Source of the DNA: Callorhinchus milii
Taxonomy: Eukaryota
DNA length: 64,000 nt
NCBI RefSeq assembly: GCF_018977255.1
Contig: NW_024704742.1
Coordinates: 119,724,001-119,788,000, forward strand
Direction: 5' to 3'
Part shown: piece by piece, positions 12,591 through 25,203 of the stretch
How positions within the stretch are numbered: the first letter of the stretch is position 1
Layout: each line of letters opens with the position of its first letter
Translations under genes and position numbers: made by a program
Notes under the pieces: model-generated
The model's database searches: none
Seen by the model: only the letters and a program-made list of their open reading frames with translations
Told to the model about the DNA's origin: nothing

Positions 12591-12949
12591 TATATAGGGT
12601 CTTTAACCATCCTTCATATAAACTTCTATCTAACTTCTATAAAGCTTCACAACATTACATAAACGTCTCCAAATTTTATTTTTAAAGCTGATAACCATGG
12701 AAAATGTGCTAAAGATTTATAAGCTTTTTTTTAAGAATAAATCTTTTTTTAGTGGCACGTTATGGAAGTTTCACTTATTTATCTTTTAAATGTTCTACTG
12801 TTTTCCACAGCGCTGTTTAGAAAACTACATCTTAAAGTAATTAAATAAAACATAGATTGATTTATCACTTTTCCACAGAATGAATGGAGTATTTTCTCAC
12901 CACTTCTGTTTGTAAATTGGCTAACACAGTGGCACAGGGAAACACTCAT

Positions 12950-13160
12950 TTTCTTTAACATCCACCTGACCCGGGACCTCAGTTAAATGCCTCATCCGAA
13001 GGACAGCATCTCCAATAGTGCAACATGCCCCCTATGCCTTCAATATAGGACTATATTAGATTGTCAGCCTAGGCTACGAGTTCAGAGACCCAATGTGGGT
13101 CTTGAACCCACAACCTGCTGAGCTTAGACAAGAATGCTACCAATTGAGCCAAGCTGACTC
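12950..13160 (-). mobile_element. Older tRNA-derived SINE (SacSINE1-like), 5' part
   Basis: Reverse of gtcagcttggctcaattggtagca...ggttgtgggttcaag; homologous to the 18160 and 61055 copies. Confidence 0.75.
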
Positions 13161-13401
13161 CTTTTAGTGCTGGCACGAACAATAGAACATTGTACAGATA
13201 TCCTTTTCACATGTGCTTTGACCCATTCTGATCCACTCAACTTTCCTCAACTCTGCAACATTGCCTACCTCTGCCACTACCTCTCCTGAATCCGTTATCC
13301 ATGCATTCATCATGTCCAGGCTACACTACACACAATGTTCCTGGCTTACAGAATCTACTCCCCCGATACTGTCTTAAAGATTTTAATGTACAATGATCTT
13401 A

Positions 13402-13990
13402 TTACAACAACAACATTACGTTTGTAAAGTGCCTTTCACGTTGGGAGGACGTCCCAAGGCACTGGATATGCAGAGATAGGGGTCGGGTGGGGAAGGGTGG
13501 AGGGCAGGAGGGAAGCAGGGAGATCGAAAGCATGGTCGAAGGGGAGGGTCTTGAGATGGATCTTGAAGGTGGCGAGGGAGGGGGCGAGGTGGAGGGACTG
13601 CGGGATGGAGGTCCAGAGAGTGGGGCCAGAGTGGAGGAAGACCCGCCCGCCAATAGTGGGGCGAGTGAGGCAGGGGACGTGAAGCAGGCCGGAACCCACT
13701 GAGCGGAGGGAGCGAACAGGATGGTAGGGGGTTAGGATTTTACAGAGGTAGGGGAGAGCAAGACCATGGAGGGCTTTGAAGGTTAGGACCAGGATCTTGA
13801 ACTGTATCCTCTGTGTGATGGGAAGCCAGTGGAGTTGGGCAAGGATGGTGGTGATAGGGTTGCAGAGCCTAATGCAGGAGAGGACACGAGCTGCAGAGTT
13901 CTGGGTGATCTGCAGCCTGTGGAGGGAGGAGTTGGGGAGGCCATCAAGCAATGAGTTTGCATAGTCGAGCCTCGATGTAATGAAGGCGTT
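13402..13990 (-). mobile_element. L2 LINE 3' fragment
   Basis: ORF 13436 AFITSRLDYANSLL...LQITQNSAAR...LHWLPI...FKILVLTFKALHG; (caa)n tail. Confidence 0.92.
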
Positions 13991-14270
13991 TAATAATAAT
14001 AATAATAATAATATAATAATCCTTGCATTTGATATAGCGCTTTTCACATCTTCTAGACGTCTCAAAGCGCTTCACAGAACAGACTATAAAGTGAATTGAC
14101 TGTATATCTGTGGGCAAAACGCGGCAGCCAATTGCGCATAGCAGCGTCCCACAAACAGTCTCGGATTGAAATAATCAATTTTTTTTTTGAGGGATTATTA
14201 TTAGGTGCGTGGAGTAAAGAAACTTGCCCAAGCTTTCACCCTGTCTGGAATTGAACCCAGGTCTCTCTCA
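13991..14270 (-). mobile_element. Deu-domain SINE
   Basis: (aat)n tail, core and partial head. Confidence 0.88.
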
Positions 14271-14271
14271 A

Positions 14272-14820
14272 GAGATGTGGAGTAGAAAGGATAGTTGAGT
14301 CAAGCAAGACCCCAAGGTTCCGGACTGGCTTAGCAAGGAGTGTGCAACCATGGATGGTCACACCACTTTACAATACAATACATCCTGTGAAGCATTTTGA
14401 GTCTTCTGAATAATGTGATAAGGCGTTTTTCAAATGCCAGGATTATTTTTATTAATGTACAACACACAATGATGCTGTCAACGCCTGAGGTGAGGAGGCA
14501 CTGACGGGAGCCAATCAGGAGGACGTCGGTCTTGTTGATGTTCAACTGAAGAAAATTAGCTCTCATCCAAGACTTGATGTTCAACAGACTTTCAGTCAGG
14601 ACAGCAGTAGTCCTAGTGTCAAAGGTGGAGGCAGAGAGATACAGTTGGGTGTCATCCGCATACATGTGGAAGTTGACCTCATGTCTGTGGATGATATCAC
14701 CACAGGGAGTATATAGATATTGAAGAGGATGGGAGCAAGGACAGAGCCCTGAGGAACGCCGTACGAGTCAGTCCGGGGGCTAGAGGAGAAACCGTTTGTG
14801 GAGATGAAGTGCAGGAGGTG
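14272..14820 (-). mobile_element. L2 RT fragment interrupted by a 116-bp insert
   Basis: ORF 14330 MYADDTQLYLS...[28 protein letters not shown] sequence at ~14740-14760. Confidence 0.88.
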
Positions 14821-15029
14821 TGAATTTAGTATAAATCTTACGACATTAAATTAGTATAAAATGTTTTTCCACAAAAAACATAGTCACACCACTTTACAAT
14901 ACATCCTGTGAAGCATTTTGAGTCTTCTGAATAATGTGATAAGGCGTTTTTCAAATGCCAGGATTATTTTTATTAATGTACAACACACAATGACTCTTTG
15001 CAATCTGATATCATTTTGGAAGCTAATCA

Positions 15030-15862
15030 CTTTACCCTCTTTCAAGGCCGGTCTCAAGACCTTTCTCTTTGACTGTGCCTTCAGCTCCCCTCTCGACTCT
15101 CTACCCCCTCCTCGCTCCTTCCCTCCCCTCACTCTGACCATCCCCCCCTGCTCGGGTCCTGACCCAACTGTCCAGCGCCTTGGGACGTCCTCCCGACGTG
15201 AAAGGCACTCTATAAATGGAATCTTGTTGTTGTTGTTGTGTTTCACTCACCCATGCATTCGTCACATCAAGACTCGATTACGGGTACTCCCTTCTCATCG
15301 GCCTTCCTAACTCTTTCCTTCACAAGCTGCAGATCATCCAAAACTCTGCAGCTCGTGTACTCTCACACACCAGGCTCCGTGACCCCATCAATCCCACCCT
15401 CGCCCGACTCCACTGACTCCCCATCCCCCAGAGGATTGAGTTCAAGATCCTCATCCTCACCTTTAAGGCCAGCCATGGCCTTGCCCCCTCCTACCTCTCC
15501 GACCTGCTGACTCCCTACCAACCTGCCCGCTCCCTCCATTCATCAGGCTCTGGTCTGCTCCATGTCTCCCGCCCAACCCGCCCTACCATCGGTGGCCGGG
15601 CTTTCAGCCTCTCTGCCCCCACACTCTGGAACTCTATCCCACGGTCCCTTCGCTTTGCTTTCTCCTTTGCCTCCTTCAAGACTGGTCTCAAGACCCTTCT
15701 CTTCGACCATACCTTTGGTCTCTCTCCCACCTCTCTGCCTTCCTTCACCCCTCACCCCCCCCTCCCCATGGTCGGGCCCCGACACCTGACTGTTCAGGGC
15801 TTTGGGACGTCCTCCCGACGTGAAAGGAGCTCCATAAATGTAATTTTGTTGTTGTTGTTGTT
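15030..15862 (+). mobile_element. Two tandem L2 3' fragments (15030-15238 and 15240-15862)
   Basis: Both end in gggacgtcctcccgacgtgaaagg...(ttg)n; ORF 15216 HAFVTSRLDY...LQIIQNSAAR. Confidence 0.92.
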
Positions 15863-18159
15863 TCTGATGTAGTTTATTTTTCATGTGTAATGCTTATTAA
15901 CCTTGCAGTGTTGCACTGGCAAAAGGAATTATGGTTTTATAAAACTTTAAAATTTAGCTCCACTAACTGTAAACAATCTTTAGTGGGATTCATGCAAACT
16001 TTCAGTTTCCAAGGTTGCTGAAAGATTAATGGAATAACACTTTCTCCCTCAGTTAAACACATAGTGAGTCATACTATATCTCTGCTGCTACATTCCATGT
16101 GACAGCTATGTTTTCGCCAGTGGTTTGATAGCAATAAGATGTTACCGAGGGTGTGAAATAAGACCCACAAGATTGTCCCTGCAGAGCTGATAACTTCATT
16201 GTGGATACTTCGCTGAAATAACTGGAAAGAGAGATTAAAGAAAGAAGTGCTCCTTCAGTGATTTCCAGTTAATGATAATTATTTCTTCACTTGCAGCCTC
16301 CTTTGGGGTTCTTTGTTGCAAAATTGTCCTTCTGCTGTCAGCATATCTACAGAAAATAGAAATGCAAAGAGTCTGGAATAGGCTGTTTTGTTTCTAAAAA
16401 TCACACATCCAAAAGTGCTCTAATACTGAGGGTTTTAGATAACAATAATAATAATAATCCTTACATTTGGTATAGTGTCTTTCACATCAGGAGTACATCT
16501 CAAGGCACGTCACAGAATATACTGTAAAGTGTATTTTTGGAGGCGATATGTGGAAATCCACTGCATTTAATATTATAAAAGAAGACGTCATATCCACTAT
16601 CTACTTAAACTCTAGAAAATTCACTACCAAATCTTAAAAATAAAAGCCTTTCATCCACTGCATAGAAATATGAATCACAAGTAATATTGACCTGATCACA
16701 ATATCTCGTAACAAAGCAAAAAAAATCTATGATACAATATTCCTTGTCCACTTGCATCTTCATTCAGGAAAGTTTTAAAAGCAAAGCTGTTTACGTTTAG
16801 ATTTATATGCAGCTTTTCAATCCCTTTTTCAGTGTTTATTAGTGTATCAGTGCTATTGTGAGAAAACTGTAAGAAAACAGCAGGGTGGTCTTAGGAGAGC
16901 CATTTATGTGAGCAATATACAAATGAGGGAATCAATCATAAACAACCAATTAGCTCTGATTTATTCTGGCAAACGTGTATTTCTCATGCAAATGTCTCTA
17001 AATAAGAAATTTATTTTGTTACACAGCTATTGCCTGCTGTCACTGTTGATTACAGCAACAAGCCTGGAGGGTGGAAAATTCATTTGGCCCAATATTTAGA
17101 ACAATAAACATTTCCATTTGAAGTGGCTCCAAAACAAAGGATCATTTTCTGTTTGATTGTATCTGATGTCCTCTCTGACACGGTTGTAATCGACACTTAG
17201 CTTCACAAACCTGTACATTTTGAAATGAAAGGGGTCGATATCCTGACTTACAAGAGTTACACGGTGCCATGCTAAACTCCTTCGCTTGACATTCAAAGCC
17301 GTAACGCTGCCATTTTGGATAAACAGCTACTTTATTTAACCCGATTGGTAATTTAAGACACCCAAACAAAAGCTAATTGGAATTATTCAAATAAGCCGCC
17401 TCAACAAGGCATGTTATATGGGATAATATATGCTAATATATGCTAATAAATGTGACATTATATACTGGTGGCAGCCCCCGAGGGGTAAACATCAACCCCA
17501 CGGCCCCAGCATTCTGGTTACTGTAAAATACATGCTTTTGTTCCAAGCCATGTACATAGTGCTCTCTGCTAAATCATCTGAATTAATGAATAATATTCTA
17601 TGAAAAGAAAGGGTCTGCATAGCAGTTTTATCCCACACAATTGGAGCATATTCAGAAGGGGGTGACTGGACGATACACCCTTGTGAAATGTGGAGTATGT
17701 AACTGACAGCAACACAACAGTGGCACCTAATGTTTCCACAACAGTGCCCAGGAGCCGGTGAACAAAGAAAACAATTGGTTGCCATAATAAAAGTTGAGGC
17801 TGCCTGAAGAGATATTGTGGAATCTCGAATAATGAAAAGCTATAGGGAGAAACTGCTGGCGGCAAATTCCACCTTTTACTGTCGAAAACAAACACAAACT
17901 TCAAAGTTAAGACTGAATTGAATAATTTGCAGTATATCGTAGGAGGATTCCTTAGCAAGGAATCTGAATCCTGTATATGGGACCCTTAAGGTAACAGGGA
18001 GATTGTAACACTGACCCACTGGAACTCCACCCAGACACTAACTTCTTCCGAGTAAAATTCCCACTAGTTGCCGAGAATTCTAATGGAATTCATTATGAAG
18101 GAATTCTGTTAAGAAATGCTGCAAAGTTAGACCTCATAGTGTGTTAACTGTTAATTGTA

Positions 18160-18588
18160 GTGTCAGCTTGGCTCAGTTGGTAGCATTATCATTTCTGAGT
18201 CAGAAGGTTATGGGTTCAAACCCCACTTCAGGACTTTGAGCTCATAGTCTAAGCTCACAATCCAATGCAATGCTGGGGGAGTGCTGCATCGTCAGAGGTG
18301 CCATCATTTGAATGAGATGTTAAATTGAGTTCCCATCTGCCTGTTCAAGTAGATATTACAGATCCCCTGACACTATTTGAAAAGAGAAGGGAATTTTTCC
18401 TGAACAACAATCCTGATAAAATGGGTCAATCGCTTCATGGCGGTGGTGGGATGTTGCTGTGTGCAAAATTGGCTGATACGTTTGCCAACAAATACACAGT
18501 CAGAGCACTTTACAGTAATTCCTGTGAAGTGCTTTGAGACATTTTGACGGTGTGATAAGATGCTACATCAAATGCAAGGATTATTAAG
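18160..18588 (+). mobile_element. Older tRNA-derived Deu-domain SINE (SacSINE1-like), full length
   Basis: Head gtgtcagcttggctcagttggtagca...tctgagtcagaaggtt.tgggttcaa, Deu core, tail caaatgcaaggattatt. Confidence 0.85.
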
Positions 18589-18949
18589 GAATCTGACTGG
18601 GTTTCTGAAGAACATCAAGAGTGTGTTCACTTCACTATGTGTATTGCATTCTTTGATTTGTTTATTGGAAATTTAAAGAGAACCTATCCATCCAGACCTC
18701 GGAAGCTAGGTGTGGGGCTGGATACAATTTTAAAACTCCCATCTTCCTGTAACATGGCAGGAATCCGTTCTGCTCAGGAAATAACTCAAAAATATTTTGA
18801 GTGGAAAAACTTTTATTAAAAAAGCCTGAGCACTGAATGATAGGGCTGCTTTGTGATTCTCATCACACATCAATGTATAAAGGTTTTAGAACATAAGAAT
18901 TGCTAGACGAAAGAAGACCAAGGTCCATCCAGTTTGTCTTCCACCACCA

Positions 18950-19540
18950 ACAACAACAAAATTACATTTGTATAGCGCCTTTCACGTCGGGAGGACGTCC
19001 CAAGGCGCTGGACAGATAGAGTTATGGACCCGAGCTGGGGATCGGGGTCAGGGTGCGTGGAAGGCAAGGGGGTAGCAGAGAGATCGAAAGCACAGTCGAA
19101 GAAGAGGGTCTTGAGATGGGTCTTGAAGATGGCAAGGGAGGGGACGAGGCGGAGGGACTGCGGGATGGAGTTCCAGAGGGTGGGAGCAGGGTGTCAGAAG
19201 GCCCGCCCGGCAAAAGAGGGGCGAGTGAGGCAGGGGACGTGTAGCAGGCGGGAGCCCGCTGAGCCAAGGGAGCGAGCAGGATGGTAGGAGGTTGCAGAGG
19301 TCGGGGGTAGAAAGACCATGGAGGGCTTTGAAGGTGAGTACCAGGATCTTGAACTGTATCCTCTGTGTGATGGGAAGCCAGTGGAGTTGGGCAAGGATGG
19401 GGGTGATAGGGTCACGGGTCTTAGTGCAGGAGAGGACATGGGCTGCAGAGTTTTGGATGATCTGCAGCCTGTGGAGGGAGGAGTTGGGGAGGCCAACAAG
19501 CAACGAGTTTGCATAGTCGAGCCTCGATATAATGAAAGCA
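18950..19540 (-). mobile_element. L2 LINE 3' fragment (preceded by a short CR1 tail at 18888-18948)
   Basis: ORF 19048 HAFIISRLDYANSLL...LHWLPITQRIQFKILVL. Confidence 0.92.
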
Positions 19541-20429
19541 TGCCATCCTGGCAATCCCAAAATATATATTGTATGCACATGGCATGTCCCAAACTGTATA
19601 CTGTATATAAGAAAATAAGAATTGCTCGATGAAAGAAGACCAAGTGTTTTGGGCAGCACTTCCTGATTAAAATGCACTGCTCACATAGGTGGTATATTAT
19701 GATCATGGAGAGACCAATGAGACAATAGATCCTGGACAGACGATCGATAACTCTGTTGAAACACTATCCACAGGGTGATTCACTACTTGATAGTTATTCC
19801 TTTGACTATGTGAGCAAAAGCCCTGGCTTCTTCCAAGAAACCAGTAGATTGAGTAAGTATAAGGACATGAACTGCAGCCAGTGTAAAATGAGGTGGGTGG
19901 ATCCAACCTCTTGGCATTTATACTCTGCTTATGCCAGAGTAGTCTGTCATTTGTCGGTCACTTAAAGATAGAAATCTTTTTGTTCCATCATTATCCCATT
20001 ATAAAGATCTAAGGGAGAGATTGCTATTTTCAGTAGGGACATTGCATATTCATTAGAAGATAAAAAAATCTGTTGTGGAGATACTTTAAACAAACAATAT
20101 TAAATTATGTACAGTTCATAAACTGCAGAGCACAAACCTCCACTCTCAGGTGCCAACCTCCCTCTAGACAACTTCTGAGCAGCACTGGCTGAGGCCTGAG
20201 ATCCCCTTACTGCCTTCCTATCCTCTCAGCATGTGCTGATGTGTGGCTTGAGAAAGAGACAACAAAGAGAGAAAAATGTACCTGAAACAAAGAGTTCTTG
20301 CCCTCAACAAGACATAATAATAATCCTTGCAATTGATATAGTGCCATATTATGTTGTTGAGATGTCTCAAAGTGCTTCACAGTTACACAATACTGTAAAA
20401 TGAATTGACTGTGTGTTTTGTGGGCGAAC

Positions 20430-21150
20430 AAACTGATGCAAGGATCGAGAAGGAAATAATGGCTTGCATACAGAGAGCAAGCAAGGGCTTTGGTAGATTA
20501 ACCAAGCATGTTTAAAATCAAGCATGATATCAAGGTTGCTACTAAACTGAATGTTTATAAGGCAGTTGTCCTTACCAATCTTCTGCATGGATGTGAAGCA
20601 TGGATACTGTATAGAAGGCACATACATCAGCTGAAAAGACACTTATATATCTTACTTCATATTTGGTAAGAGGATAAAATCACAAATAATGAAGTATTGG
20701 AACATGGTGACAGGACCAGCATTGAGTCTGTGAAATCAATGCTCAGCTCTGTTGGGCTGGACATGTTGTAAAGAAGAGCGACATTTGGTTGCCAGAGCAA
20801 GTGCTCTATGGAGAACTGGAGGTTGGTAGTAAAAGCAGGTCAGACAACAAAGTCACTACAAAGGCACAATGAAACAGTGCAATCAATATGATTGTTGACT
20901 CTTGGGAAATGGAGTGAGGGACTTTGAGGAACAATGCTGTATCCGTGTGGAGGAATGACCAAGAGACTGAAGGATCGGCAATGTCAGAGAAATTCAACAG
21001 GAAAACTCCCCCGGAATGAGATTATGTGCGGCCTATGGTAGACAATATCTGTCACATATTGGCCTGCGAAGTCATCGACACATCCATCTACCATCGACTT
21101 TTGCTCTCCTCGTTGTTGGCATCGTCATCCTTGAGTACGAGGAACAAACC
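20430..21150 (+). mobile_element. RTE-clade LINE fragment (copy 2, extends further 5')
   Basis: DARIEKEIMACIQRASKGFGRL followed by the same sequence as 10467-11140. Confidence 0.85.
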
Positions 21151-21575
21151 CCTATTCCTTCAATAAAATATTTGTTCTTCCAACTATGCATTGTGTTGCT
21201 ATATTGTTAATAGAGATTTGCATATATAGCACAGTAAAACAATAACAAACAAACCACCTATTCATCAAGCTCAGGAGCGTTGCCTGGTGATATTGCCTTT
21301 GGTAGACTCCATGTACTCACATACACACAGGGTACTCCCCATGGAACACAGAGGGTGAGCACACAATGATCCTGTTTCATAGAAGGGTTACTGAAAACTA
21401 AAAGAGCCATTAGTGCACAAAAGAACACAATTTAAATAGCCGCATGATGATAGTTCATGTTCCTTTTCAATAAACTAAGTCAGTAAAGTATCAGCTGAAT
21501 GGGTAAATGGCTTCCAATGCCAGAATGACTGCTTGCTCTTGTGTTGATTGAGGAGAGGATGAAATATTAACTTCT

Positions 21576-21900
21576 ATAATAATAATAATAATAATAATAA
21601 TCCTTGCATTTGATATAGCGCTTTTCACGTCTTCTAGACGTCCCAAAGCGCCTCACAGAATATACTGTGAAGTGAATTGACTGTATATTTGTGGGCGAAC
21701 GTGGCAGCCAATTGCGCACAGCGATGTCCCACAAACAGTCATGGATTGAAAATGACCAATTTATTATTGTTTTTGGTTTTGAGGGATTATTATTAGGTGT
21801 GTGAAGTAAGGAAACTTGCCCAAGGTTTCGCCCTGCCTGGAATTGAACTCAGGTCTCTCACTTGCAAAGCGAGTGCTCTAACCACTGAGCTACAGGACTT
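21576..21900 (-). mobile_element. Deu-domain SINE, full length
   Basis: (aat)n tail, core and complete head. Confidence 0.9.
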
Positions 21901-23442
21901 CTGGTTGAGGTCTGCAGGGAGAGTCTGATGTTGGGCAAATTCTTTAACTAGGAATGTTAAATTATAAAAAAATGATTAAAAAGGCTGTGAAAGGGATTGG
22001 CATTTTATCTATCAACTAATCGTGACATCAGTGGAGATTGCAGAGGTGGAATCACCTCAAGTTCATGACTGAGAAGAGTTGTCTAAAGAAAACACTTCTG
22101 GCAGCAGAGACTGCCTAACTGAAACAGGAGCTCGCTGCTCTAAGGCCGGATGATTCTTGTTTCTCTGGAACCATGGAACTTTGGCACTGGAAACTTCGGG
22201 TTGATGCCAAAAGCTGATTTTACAATCGTTACACTAAGTGATCATTTAGTAGTACAGATATTGTTCCAGAGTTAAAGCCTGCTGCGTTTTCCTCCTTTGG
22301 TTCTATATAAAGACCTCAACATGTCACCTCAGACTGCTCCTGACAATGGATATCTTTGATTTACCACATACACCACCTTGTTTGTCATATGAATAAAAAA
22401 CAATCTGGCTTATGTCCTGTTGAAATTATTAGTGTCCAACCATGTCCAACTACTTCCCAGACAAATATGATATGGTTGGTTGTAAAGAGCAGCACTGAAC
22501 CAAGCGCATGAGAGGGAGAGGGAATCCAGTTAATTACGGGTCAGAGTTCAGGACCTTATCTCTTGGCTGCAGAGCTACATCAGTGAGTTTGTGAGGGAGG
22601 ATCTTCCCACTTGTCTGCTTCTGGTCTCAGCCACTTCGCAGGGACAGCAGCTCGAAGCTGCGAAGGGAAGAGGAAGATAAAAATCTATACTCGTGATGGC
22701 TCATATTGCTTTCTTATTTTTAATGCAAATATTTTTATTTTTATTTCAGTCACAAAAAAATTGTTAACAATAATATTGAGGGAGGAAGAAAAAAACTCCA
22801 GGCATCCGCAGATTCTATTGTAAACCATTTCTGCAAGATTTACAGGGGCAAGTTTTTTATTTCTCCTGATAATAATCAATAAAATAATCATCCTTGCATT
22901 TCATATAGCATCTTTCACATTAAGAGAACATCTCAAAGAGCTTCATAGGATTTACTGAAAGTGATGATCAACAGCGGTTCTCTGGAGTACTGTTGAGCTG
23001 CATAGTTCAGGAACTGGACTACCAAGACCGCCACAAAGGATTAACTCAATTTTGATCTCCTGTTGTCAGTCCAGCATTGGCAGAGCAGAGAAAATGGTCA
23101 GAGGAATAGAATAGCAGATCATAGAGGTTTGCTGAGGCAAAGCCACGGAGACATTTGAATGTAAAGGAAGAGGATCTTAAAATCGGTCTGCTGAGGCTTA
23201 AGGAGCCAGTGGAGCTGAGTGAAGATGGGGATGATAAGATTACAGAGACAATAGGGATGCTTGCTGAGGGTTCTGGATGAAAATGGCTTTATAGGAATAA
23301 AACAATGTGTTACCTCTTGTTAAACTATATAAAAACAACATCAAATGATACTAATGTATAGGAAAACAAAAAAGGATTCAACGCTTAATTCAGTTTATGT
23401 TATGTTCAATTCACTGTTTGCAGATTCTTCAGCTACCTACTG

Positions 23443-23457
23443 ATGACACCTAGTGGT
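23443..23457 (-). promoter_or_regulatory. Candidate CTCF site (reverse orientation)
   Basis: Minus strand aCCACTAGGTGTCAt versus consensus CCACYAGRKGGCR; motif match only. Confidence 0.35.
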
Positions 23458-23467
23458 GCTTTTAAAA

Positions 23468-24195
23468 ATAATAATTCTTGCATTTGATATAGAGTAAAAC
23501 ACAGGAGTCGTATCAGTCAGAACCATAACATTTAATATGAAGTATGAGCTACAGGTCAACTTGCGTAAGTCGTATAAAATCCAATGTAATCAATAATCTA
23601 CACTGTAACATGCATACTTCAATGCAGCCGGTAAGTGGGCATGCGACAAACAGGTCAGAACTTAAATTCCCGTGGCTCAATGCAGCCAGTAAGTGCAGGA
23701 GCAGCATTACGAGTTAGGAGATGATTTGCTTTATAAAATATGACTTGTACAAAGAAATCTAAGTGTTTTTTTGGTAAGAAACTAAATGGGACTCAGGTGC
23801 ATGCATGACTTAGATGATCATACGATTTATCAAGATAAGATAAGACTTCTGCGAGTTTTACTGTACCACCTTTCACTTCGGGGAAGTCTCAAAATGATTT
23901 CCTTTAAAGTAAATATATGTATTTTGTAGGTAAACAAGGAAAACAATTTGTGCACAGAAATGTCCCACAAACAACCGTGGAACAAATGATGAATCGTATT
24001 ATTATTAACCCGGACACCAGGAGCAACTCCCTTCCCTTTTTCCAAATAGTGTCATGGATGCTTTAACATCACCCTGAGCAGACAGGTGGGACCTCAGTTT
24101 AATGTCACATCCAAAGGACAGCACCTCCAATAATGCAGGACTCCCCAAATAACTGCATTGAAGTATTAGTCCAGCTAATGTGCTCAAAGTCCCAT
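23468..24195 (-). mobile_element. Older SacSINE1-like SINE interrupted by a MITE
   Basis: Tail ataataattcttgcatttgatata resumes after 23865 as ccacctttcac...; Deu core and body follow. Confidence 0.75.
23492..23863. mobile_element. Tc1/mariner-pogo (Tigger-like) MITE, ~370 bp, TA target-site duplication
   Basis: ta|gagtaaaacacaggagtcgtat ... ataagacttctgcgagttttactg|ta; imperfect TIR of consensus CAGTAAAACTCGCAGAAGTCGTAT; removing it restores the host SINE tail. Confidence 0.75.
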
Positions 24196-25203
24196 TTTGT
24201 GTGTTCACAAATCACATTCATTCTGTGAGAACCCAAACGTGTTTTGCTCATCTACTTTTTAGCACATGTGAATTGATGTTGCTATTCTCAATCAATGCAG
24301 ATGGATTTTACAAGGAAGGAAGTAAATTAGCTTTATTCTACATACGTGTTTACTCACCTCATGACTGTGGGACCTAACTGAGCATATTTGTGAGCCCTGG
24401 TATGTGTATTTTGGCAAGATAAGGCACTAACAAAATACAGTTCTTTCTCCCGTGTACCAAGGTGGTGAATATCATAAAGAGTACACAGAGATAGAGTTAT
24501 TGCAGTCTTCTGGAATGAATAACATAATTCTATTTAACTTAAGGTATCCTACCACCATCATTATAAATGATGTAAATTATTACATGATATTATTCTGAGA
24601 CTATAAAGGTTTCCATGGCTCTATGTACTACTGGAATTGCATCTAACACAAAACACATGCAGTCTCTACAATTTACAGTATATCCTGTGAAGCACTTTGG
24701 GACATGAAAGGGACAATAACAATTGTAAGGATTGTTACTATTATCATCAAATATATTATATATATAGTCATAGATGAAACTTCAGTGTTTTATTAAGCCA
24801 AGATTTGACACCATGTCATGAATACTACAGACCATCTCTTGCTCCTGGATTCAATGTGGTGCAAAGTTCTATTATAACTCCAATATAACTTGAATACATC
24901 TGTGGATTCAGTCTTGTGAAAGAGCAAAGGATGCCAAAAGGGTTGTTAGAATATAATCCAGACATTCATTTTCATGTCAAGAACATGAGAGCTGCTACAG
25001 CTTAATTTGAACATTCTCTGTCAGTCCTAAGGTCTGTGCAATACAGTACTAGTAAAGGTTTTGTTTACCTCTCTGTCAAACTCTCTGTCCCAGACAGTCT
25101 CGTCATCACCCAGATATCTCTCCTTTTATGCAGAAATTCAAATGAACAGAGGCTCATGTGGCAGTGCAAATTGTTATCCTGATGCAGTGGATGTTCTTTT
25201 GAG

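Noticed and set aside
16070..16221. Strong minus-strand acceptor (ttctttctttaatctctctttccag) with two open frames
   Set aside because: Neither peptide is recognisable, and there is no strong donor or partner exon. A non-coding exon cannot be excluded.
22500..22657. Minus-strand acceptor-like site (cttcctcttcccttcgcag)
   Set aside because: All three frames stop within ~30 codons and none resembles a known protein.
25069..25122. Possible 54-nt minus-strand exon ERYLGDDETVWDREFDRE
   Set aside because: Weak acceptor (ataaaag), no recognisable homology and no neighbouring exons.
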